NCBI RefSeq assembly: GCF_008831285.2
Contig: NC_045138.2
Span: forward strand, 42,780,001 to 42,844,000
DNA length: 64,000 nt
Source: Nymphaea colorata
Lineage: Eukaryota
Direction: 5' to 3'
Shown: positions 54,405 through 64,000 of the stretch, piece after piece
How positions within the stretch are numbered: the first letter of the stretch is position 1
Layout: every line of letters begins with the position of its first letter
Position numbers and translations under genes: made by a program
Notes under the pieces: generated by a model
What the model was told of the DNA's origin: nothing
Databases searched by the model: none
What the model saw: the letters and a program-made list of their open reading frames with translations, nothing else

Positions 54405-55129
54405 CTGCAACATAAAATTTCCAGTGGGTATCACATTTTTTAAACGCGACGATATGTATTGTACAATTCGGGCCCGTACAAGAGTTTCCGTCCATTGATA
54501 GATGAGTTGAAGTTTACACCATTCTCACAGATACAATGTTTTTTCCAGAGAAATGATGTGAATGTTAAAAACATAATTTAACCTGTTTTTTCCCCATGTT
54601 TTTCGTTTCTCTTTTTGACGTTAATATCATCATGGATTGCACGTTAAATGCATTATTTTGTATTTTATTTTTATGTTTACTTAATTTTTAGAATATTTTT
54701 CATTTAAAAAAAAATTATTCATATTTGCTCTCCCGAAAAGAACAACTTTACCACTGAGAAAATCCTCTACTGTTATAACTAGAAGAACAATACTCTTGAC
54801 AATGGTTTACGCCTTTTGATGTGATAAGCTGAATCAGCTGCAAAGAGTGGTATATGCTAAGGGCTGGTAAACAAGCTGAAAAACGCAAAGATATAAGTGT
54901 TGCAGCTTGCCTGATTGTGTTAGCTGTCTAAAGCTTGATCTTTGATATCCTGAGGTGAAAATGAGTTTGCAGTCAAGATGGGTAGAAAAACATAGTACAA
55001 TTGAAAAATTGGAGCTAGAACTTTAGGTCTATTCAGTAGGCATTAGTTGTATCATGAAACCTGAAGTTTGAAAGAGTTATTATTCTGTCTACGTGATGTA
55101 AATACATACTTCGTAATTCATATTACTCC

Positions 55130-56000
55130 CTATCTGGGTGATGTAAATTATTTGTTCATAAAAAGGACTTCAAGAGGTATAGTTGTTATGGTGATATATG
55201 TGGACGATATTATTTTAGCTGGTGACAATGAACAAGAAATACAAGACACAAAGAAGTAATTACAACAGCACTTTGTTACTAAAGGTCTTGGCTCTCTATG
55301 TTACTTCTTGGGGATAGAAGTGGCAAGAAGTAAAGAAGGTCTAGACCATTCTCAAAGAAAATATGTTCTTGATTTGCTACACAAAACAAGTATGACTAGA
55401 ACTAAACCAGTTTCTATTCCTATGAATTCTCGCACTCATTTATATGATATATAAATGACAAATCTGAACCTGTTGATAGCAAATCATATCGGTCTCTCAT
55501 TGAAAAGCTACTATATGTAACAATTACTAGACCTAATATATCCTTTGTTGTGGGAAAACTAAGCCAATTTAAGGATAAGCCAAGGAAATCCCATTGGGAT
55601 GCAGCTATGTTATTATTGAAATTTCTAAAAGACTCACCTGGAAAGGGTCTATTATTTAGAAGAAGCACCTCACTTCAGATAGAAGCTTATTCTGATGCAA
55701 ATTATGCAGGCTCAATTGATGACAGAAAGTCCACTACGGGATTCTGTATTTTTGTTGGTGGCAACTTAGTCTCTTGGAGAAGTAAAAAGCAAGTTGTTGT
55801 TGCTTGATCGAGTGCAGAGTCAATATCGAGCCATGGCCCAAACAGCCACTGAAATCACGTGGGTGAGAGGCATGCTAGAAGGTCTTCGAATTCAGGTAGA
55901 ATTGCCTATAAAAATGCAATGTGATAATAAAGTGGCTACTTCTATAGCAAATAATCCGGTCTTCCACGAATGAACCAAGCATATTGAAGTTGATTGTCAT
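55130..56000 (+). pseudogene. Copia RT/RNase H fragment
   Basis: Motifs are IYVDDIILAG, YSDANYAGSIDDRKSTTG and [15 protein letters not shown]. Both ends are truncated. Confidence 0.9.
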
Positions 56001-58238
56001 TTGACAATTTTCCCTTGTCTATCCCTCCTACTCATCTCAAGTCATGGCCTACTCTATAGCATTCTCCTTCTCCTACCCGGTTCTAAGACCCACCTTTGGT
56101 CTACTCTCGACAACCCACTTCTGCTCATGGTCCCTCCATGTCATCTCCTCTAGAGGTAAGTCTCCTTGTCTCACCTAAGGATACTATGATTAAGCATGAT
56201 TATTCTACAAGAAGCTCCACTTAGCGGTGGTGACTTGTCCATTTCCCTATGCAAGGGGACTAGACAGTGCACTATCCATCTCATCTCAAAGTTTATTAGT
56301 TGCCGCCATAGATAGAATTGGCAAAATATGCAGAAATTTATCTCAGCCTTGTCTACCATGTCCACTCTCAGATGTCATCAACAAGCTCTTCTTAATCCTA
56401 AATGGAAGCAAACGATGCAAGTAGAGATGGATGTTTTACTTTCTCGAGGTACATGGGAATTGGTTTCTCCTTCATCTGATGCAGTTGGTTGGGTCTATAG
56501 ACTCTATACTATCAAATATATCTCAGATGACTCGAATGAGAGATATAACTTATAAGGCTTGCTTGGTTAGCTAAAGTATATACTTAAACTTATGGTGTGC
56601 ACTTTTTTGAGACCTTTGCTCATGTTGCACTATGGATGGAGTCCCTTTCAACTAGATGTTATTAATGTGTTTATTTATGGTGATTTGGCTAAGACCATTC
56701 ACATGCAACAGCCACCTATGCTTTGAATAGGAGAGTATGGAAAGGTTTACAGGTTGAAGAAAGCCAAATATGGGCTTAAGCAAGCCCAAGAAAATGGTTT
56801 TAAAAGCTATATGAAGTGTTGTTGGGTGTTGGTTTTTAGTGTTCCCCGTCTAACTAGTCATTCTTTACTAAGAAGATCGTGAAGGACATTATAGCAATGG
56901 TAGTATACTTGATGATATCATTTTTACATGGGACTCTAAGGAGGAGATTGTTGAAACCTATATGTACTTGCACAAGTGCTTTGTCGCTAAGGATCTTGAC
57001 CCACTCGGATATTTCTTGGGAATAGAGATAGCAAGGAGTAGGGAAAGCTAGTTGTGGGAATATCTTCTTGATTAGCTCAAGGAGACCGGGATGCTTGGCA
57101 CCAAACTTGCAAACATTCCTATGAATTTGTATCTCCAATTGTATGAAGATGATTCAGAACTGATAGATAGTAAGTCATATCGGTCACTTATTGGCAAACT
57201 CCTATAGGTTACAGTTATTCAACCATACATCTCTCTAACTATGGGAAAGTTGAGTCAGTTTATGGAGAAACCGCAGAAAATTCATGGGAAATATCCATGA
57301 TGATTCCCAAGTACTTCAAGTCATCTCCTGGCAAAGGACTTTTATTTAAAAAATGCGACCCTCTTAACATCATAGCTTACACGAATGCAGATTATGTGTT
57401 AGAGATCGGGTATGGGATCACGGGTCGGGTCTATTGGACAGACTCGATAACAATAAATGGGGTGGACCAGGAAAAAAGGGGATTATAGCAAAGAATAGTG
57501 GGTGTTTCACACTAATCTAGAATTAGGGTCAACATGTGCGCGTGTTCCTCAAGGTTCTCTTGTAAGGGGTTGTACCTATTAGCGGTGACTAACATTATGT
57601 TGTATTGATTAATGACAAGAGATATAAAACTAGGTATTGTATCTTTGTAGGAGACAATTTAATTACTTGGAGGAGCAAGAAATAAGTGGTAGTTGCAAGA
57701 TCTAGCATAGAGTCTGAGAATCGAGCAATGGCTCAAACTACCATTGAGATGATGTGGGTCAAAAATATGCTAACCTGCCTTGGAATAAAGGATTTGCTTC
57801 CAATGACGATGATATGTGATAATAGCGCAGCAACTTATATAGACAACAATCTAGTATTTCATGAAATGACCAAATATATTGTAGACTGTCATTATATTCG
57901 AGATATGGTTCAAGCAGGGAACATTTGTGCAGTTCATGTTTCCACGTAAAAGCAAGTTGAGGACATGTTTACTAAACCCTTACCTATATTTGGATTCTCA
58001 AAATGTTGCAACAAGTTGAGCAGGATAAATATATATGCTCCAGCTTGAGGGGGAGTGTTGAGAAAAATAGCTAAGTGTGTTGGGCGGTTATTAGAATTCT
58101 AGGAAGTTGCTTAGTGAACTAGTTAATATTTTTTATTTTTCTTAATGGACTTATTTGTAATCTGTATATCACCCCTCTAATCTCTATTTAAGATAAATTA
58201 AGGCTAACCCAATAGATAATTCTCTTTTCTTTCTAACA
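56001..58238 (+). mobile_element. 5'-truncated copia element (INT-RT linker, RT, RNase H, PPT, 3' LTR 58056-58238)
   Basis: Degenerate RT/RH motifs (HQQALLNPKWKQTMQVEM, VVARSSIESENRAMA) end YAPA*. GAGGGGGAG is then followed by TGTTGAGA...TCTAACA. Confidence 0.88.
57397..57594. mobile_element. Solo LTR (198 bp) nested in copia RNase H
   Basis: TGTTAG...CTAACA termini with a perfect TTATG TSD (57392-57396 and 57595-57599). It splits the YTNADY..IND.R motif. Confidence 0.92.
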
Positions 58239-60666
58239 CATTTAACAATTAAGACATAAATGCAGTCAGAACAAATTGATAATTGCATGAAAGAATTAAA
58301 CCAACACAAACCTGAAGAACACCAACAAGTGGTGATGAATATGGATGGAGACAGTAGACATGGCCATCGAGAGTGGTCTCAAACTGGGTTTGACACAATG
58401 ACGGCACACATAGTTCACAGGAGCCTGCACAAGCAGGACCAGTAAAAGTCCATCAAGCAGGAACATGTAATATGTATACTACTTGCTCCTCGAACAGCAA
58501 ATCATTAGAGACAATCACACAGCCAAACCTTCTTCCTACTTTAGTGCCCTGAAATAATTTGTGAATCTAGAACATATGTATTTCAAATTGAAATTTACAG
58601 AATATGATCCAATTTAACTCTATATCATATACATGCACATGGTGATGTCTCCGAAACATAGCCAGAAATACCATTCTTAGGTTTTTAAGTGTGAGGTTTT
58701 CCTCAGGTAGAAATTATTTTTTTGGGGAAAATTTTGGCGTTTGTTTTCAAAAAACGAAAAAAAAAACTCAAAATTAAGTAAAAATACAGTCAATGAGAAA
58801 CCAATAAGAAAACATAAAAAGTAAACAAAATCATAAAAATGGGGCCCTAGTGATGATAAAAATGATGAAAAATGGTTTAATTTAAGTTTGAAGTTTCAAC
58901 CAAGGGCAGAGCACCAAGGGACCATGGCCAGCCTCAGAATTTCAGAAAAAAAAAAAATTCTGCTTGTATTTTTCAAAAATTTTAAATTAGTCTATATGAA
59001 AGTTTTGAAAAATTATGCTCTGTCAAAATTTTGAAACTATAGTTCCCCCACCCCACCCAACAAAAAAAAAGGAAGATCTTCTAGCTCTACCCCTATAGAC
59101 AATGACAACTAGAACTAAAATTTGACCATCATAATATTATGAAGGATACCCAATATAGCAAAGTAGAAGTCACAAATGAAAAGTAGAAAAAATGGAACTG
59201 GCAAATACACGACTACAATCAAGATGAAAATTAGAAAATGGAGACTGAAAAAAAAAAAACTGGCAGGTAAAGACCATAATTTGATGGCAACAATGCCTTT
59301 TTTGTAAATAGCTTCAATGATGGGAATAAAAACGAAAAAAAAGGTGAAACAATTGCTATAATTGCGTGTTAAATATATGTTTGTGTTTTCTTTATATAAA
59401 CACTTCTTTTTTTTTTTACTTTTTTCACCTTTTTAACGTTAATATTACATTTTTTGACATCTATGGTTATATTCTGAAGATAAACCAGCTTAGAAAAATC
59501 CTATTGTCCACAGTCAAGAAAAAGTTTGGGAGCCCATCACACTGTAAATTCTCTAATGGATCAGAAACAAAAGGAGAAAATGAAAAATTCAAAAGCTTGA
59601 AATTCCTAATGCCACCACAAAATGCTAAAACATAAAGAAGACATTAAAAATTTTTGAACAGTACTTGAAGAGTACAAGAGACTTGTCAACATATGCTGTA
59701 TCGCAGTGTCAGCCTAAGGGCTAGCACAATTCACTACTTATCAACAGATCATGATCATTAAGCCGTATATACCCACATTGCATGATATGATAGTTTCTCA
59801 TATGAGATATCCACTAATTTGGCATTCACAGTTAACACAAAGTTGTTCATACAATTAAAAAAAAGTGTACAAGATGTAACACAGGATCCATAAGTCAGCA
59901 TGATCCAAACAACTTCACAAAAAAGTGACAACATTATTTTGAACTTTATATAAATTCATTAAGCCTAAATATTAATCATTAAGTTTGTAATGAAAAAACT
60001 TCTACAGAAAGTTTAAAAAAAAAATTATGTTACAAAATTAGGGCTTTCATTATAAGAGACTATCACTATGTCTATCCTCCAAACCAAAGAATTGTAATTT
60101 TAAGACTGTTAAATGGTTTCAAGACTCCAAGGAATAAGCATATAGAATACAAACTTATTTATTTTGATACCCACTTAAGCATTGAGAGCAATTGAAGTGG
60201 TCAATTTCAATGATTTAAAATGAAAATGTGCAAGTTGCAGGTAGCATAAGCTTGTTATTACATTATGTTTACGCAATTCATGTTTTATCTTTTTCTGAAT
60301 TTTTCATATTTTTTGAATTTAATATGTTTAGCATAAAAAATTAAGATTGTGATTTTTTTTAAATTAAAATACATTGAATATCTAATTTTGCACCTTTGAG
60401 CCATACGAAGATATTGGCTTGGATGTTTTGATCTTCATTTTCTTTTATTGAATTTTATACTTTACACTTTAAAGACATAATAAATGACCTTCATTTTCAT
60501 AGATAGGCATGTCACACAAGTGTAGGGTTTAAGTACAGTTTTCAAAAAACATGGGTGTGGGTTAGGTGAGAGTAGTCACACACGAGTATGGGGCATTTAA
60601 AAAAAAATGGGTGCAAGGACATGGCCGTACACACACCCAGAATATTATGCATACATACATACATAC

Positions 60667-60697
<31 letters not shown>

Positions 60698-63394
60698 TAA
60701 CAATAACAAGGTGCCCCAATATAACTCTTACTTATGGGGAAATTAAAAAAGATTCAACTCCATGCAGATTTCCATTGTGCATGAATATTTCAAGATAAAT
60801 GAACATGCTAAATAAATTTAAGTTCCCAAGAAATTAATTAGACAACAAGCTAATTAAATGCTCTCTCTCTCTCTCACTTACTCAACCTACAAAGGGTGCA
60901 AATTCCATTAAAAGATGTTTATCTTTTCAGAAATGTGATTAATTGGATGACTTGAAGTCTTGAATTCATGCAGGTCTCTCTCTTCCTATGTAAAGTATAT
61001 GAGTATTAAGAGACATTAAGGGGATGTTTGATGGCCTGGAAATATGAAATTGAAAATATATTTTTGGAAATATATTTCCTGGAAAAAGGAATGGGAAAAA
61101 TATTTCTGATTCCCATTTTGATGTGTGTGTGATGACTGAGAAACTCCAGCAATTAGATGTAATGGCACAAACAACATATAAAATACCACTTCACTATTTT
61201 TGTCAACTGACAAAGACCTTTGTATATAAAAAGGCAAACTCTTCATCCACTTGAATATTTTTATGGTACAGTAATATAAGGAGATATTTGAAGTTTTGAA
61301 CGTTACTCGTTTGTGATTCTCCTTTTCTTCAAAGAAGCTTTTGCTTAGTAAAAATTAAATATCTACCCAGAATAACCATCGTACATATACATAGATATGT
61401 ACATAAAGGGGGGGGAGAGAGAGAGAGAGTTCCAAGTACATTTCTACATTCCATTGACATTTAACAGTTTTTCTATTCCCTATGGATTAATTATGCACAC
61501 AAATATTCCGAAATAGCTATAAAATCATAAATGGAGAAGAACCAAAATCATGCAAAAGTGATCATTTCTATGTCATTTGATGTTTACCTCCATTTAAAAG
61601 CCTATACCAATTGTGCTAATTTCATCATCATTGGAAACTACAAATGGTAAGCAACTGAAAACAGACAACATTCTTCATATTTCAAGAGTAAAATGTGAGA
61701 GAAGCAGGAAAGAAATAAGACGTGCATGTGCTTGCATTTCTATTTTGCCATCTGTCATCTTCATGGGTCCACATCTAATCATGGTCCTTTCAGAGTGAGA
61801 GACCAATCCCTCTGTGTTTCAGTCTCAAACAACCAATTCTTGGAAATTCTTCTATCAAATTGAACAGCAAAACCAAGAATCAACTAAATTGATGTATCAA
61901 CATATATCCATAACAAAACAGAATAAAAAAGAAAGCTTATAGAGAAAATAAATATACTGGAACACTCCAATGGAGAACCGGCCACATAACCATGTACATA
62001 TGCAAGGACTCCTTCAACACCATCTCCTTGCAACTTTTGCATGCTTCAAACACCACTTCCTGCATGATTTCATTTTCCAAACGTCCATCAAAAACATGAA
62101 AGAATTTCCCTCCGTCAAATATCACCCAATATGGAACTTTTCCCATCGATATGGAACTTTGCTTCCAGCAATAAGGTTCCACCAAGATAGGTGGAACTTT
62201 AGGTGGATTGCTTGCCTCTTTTCTTTCTCTCATCCGTAGCAACGCAGATCAAAGGAAGGTCAACCACTCGGCCAGCCGGGACATATTCAGTTATTCTTGA
62301 AGGAACGGGTTTGAGTAGACAGGTTGAGAAGACATTGGCTTCCTCAAGGTTTACTTCTAATTGTCACTACTAGTAGTTGGAATGTGTCTATTGGTGAATA
62401 ACAAACCATTTTGAGACCTCATCAGATCCTAGATTTGATGACCAATAAAAATGCAAGCTTGAGGTTTCTTAAATCCTTATCGTTGTATGTCCTTAAAATC
62501 GACAGAATGAGTGAATGGAGAAGGGAGGAAACTTACAGTCTTGCTCTACCACCCGAGGCAAGCGGAAAATCACGTCCAGCGGGAGAATGATGGATAAGAG
62601 TTGTTGCTCGCAATATCAAAGGATGAACTGCAGCAACCCGCGCACGCAGTCTGCATCCTCCTCTATCATCGGCACCATCAAGGATCCAGCCTTGCTACAA
62701 TCGAGAGAGAAAGAGAGAGTGCTTTCCTTCCTTGGAACTCGGCGGGAAAAAGAAAACTTCGTAACAGTTTATTAAAGCAAGGATAGAAATATTTTTTTCC
62801 CCTCCCCCACCTGACATACAATCATACATACCATCATTCCCTTCCAACAAAAGGCAAAGACACATACAAAAGGGAGAAGAGGAGGGGGTGGAGGCGTGCT
62901 CATGTGCCACTCCGCATTTAATGTGGGGGCGAAGTGTGGCTGCGGGCACTCATTCCTCTCAACTCTATGCTGGCGGATGGGATGGCGTTGGGAAGAGGCC
63001 GGCTGTCTTGGTGCTAACGTGCTGCGAGAGGTTCAGAGAGGTGACAGAAGAAACAGGAGAGAAGAGCTCATCTGCCAGTCTCCACAATAAAATTCTATTA
63101 GTGGTACCATCCACAAAAAATGTCAGTAGAAGATACATGGAGACAAGCACCGGAAAAGAACAGAGAGGAGATAATGCAAGGCCCTAAGATTCTGAAGTTT
63201 CATGGAAAACATATAAGATGCAAAATGAAGGAAATATAGAAAATGATCTTATATCCATTAAGGCTGAACATAAGATTTTGCATATTATAGAGCCTCATAA
63301 GTATCTACTGCCTCCTTATGCTGCATCAGATATGCCCGTCAGTTTTATGTCAAGCCAACCCTTACATTTCTCTTCAACCATTCCAGGTAGTTCA

Positions 63395-64000
63395 TGTTAA
63401 GTTTGTTCGTATGGGGATCGGGTCTGTTCAAGACCCGATCCACTTCTTTTATATCCACACGCCTAAGAATACTAGGCGGTGGCATTCTTGTAATATTTTA
63501 TATATTTTGTACAAATCTGTTGTAACCTAATTAGGTTAATGTTTTTAATAGAGATTAAGGATTGCAGGGCTGCATTGGCCGACTGCATCTCTTCCTCCAT
63601 CGTCTTGCTTTCTATCCTCTCTTCTCAATCTATCTTATTTTCAGCCAGAGAGACATGATTTAGTGAAGATTTTTACATGGTATCAGAGCCAGGTTGCAGC
63701 GTCCTCCGGTGGGTGTTTTCAATCTGATGTGATTTGCCCTAATCTGCCCTAAATCCCCTCTTTCTGGCGTGATTAGCCCTAAATTCAGTTTCTGCCCTAA
63801 ATCTTCCTTTCTAACGTGATTTGCCCTAATTTCTGCCACTGCCCTAAATTCTGCCCCAAGTCGTCTGCCCTAATCATCCCTTTTTCATTATCTCTCTTTG
63901 TATTTCTTGCCCCTCTTTTCAGTCATGGATCAGCTGGCTCCTTCCCTTTTATCTTCCAGCTTTCTCTCCCAACTTATCTCTCAAAAACTAAATCATAGTA
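63395..64000 (+). mobile_element. 5' end of an LTR retrotransposon, probably copia (LTR 63395-63677, PBS 63678-63690)
   Basis: TGTTAAG...TTTTACA is followed by TGGTATCAGAGCC and a leader with repeated TGCCCTAA(A)T units. The element runs off the window. Confidence 0.85.

Noticed and set aside
58901..59095. MITE-like segment with CAAGGGCAGAGC / GCTCTACCCCTA ends
   Set aside because: The TIRs are imperfect and there is no convincing TSD. It is probably a decayed MITE but is not supportable as a feature.
61017..61260. TAA + GGGGATGTTTGATGG resembling a Tourist/Harbinger left end
   Set aside because: No matching right TIR or TSD could be found.
61937..62242. 101 aa minus-strand ORF and overlapping plus-strand ORF
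   Set aside because: No recognisable family. A faint actin-like look in another frame is broken by stops.
38470..63390. Helitron or Pack-MULE boundaries around the gene fragments
   Set aside because: No 3' hairpin-CTRR end or long TIR pair with TSD was identified by eye.

Overview
This is AT-rich plant (angiosperm-type) nuclear DNA, and I can support no intact protein-coding gene in it. Positions 1-38.5 kb are a nest of decayed giant-LTR Ty3/gypsy (Tat/Ogre-like) retrotransposons. The two best-preserved copies carry a Plant Mobile Domain (PMD) ORF upstream of gag and lie head-to-head. The + copy lacks RT and has a 2.8 kb PIF/Harbinger-type element inserted in gag. Positions 38.5-54.4 kb hold host-gene debris: a locally duplicated segment with an ARP7 pseudo-exon, one copy of which is split by a full-length Ty1/copia element while the other keeps the empty site, and the 3' end of a VPS51 pseudogene whose terminal exon is on the opposite strand. 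Positions 55-64 kb contain more copia fragments, a solo LTR, unassigned minus-strand exon-like segments and the start of another copia. I found no convincing new biological system. The most notable signals are structural: the inverted exon, the PMD-bearing RT-less elements, templated repair scars and a proto-satellite. All family assignments are from motif recognition by eye, not database searches.
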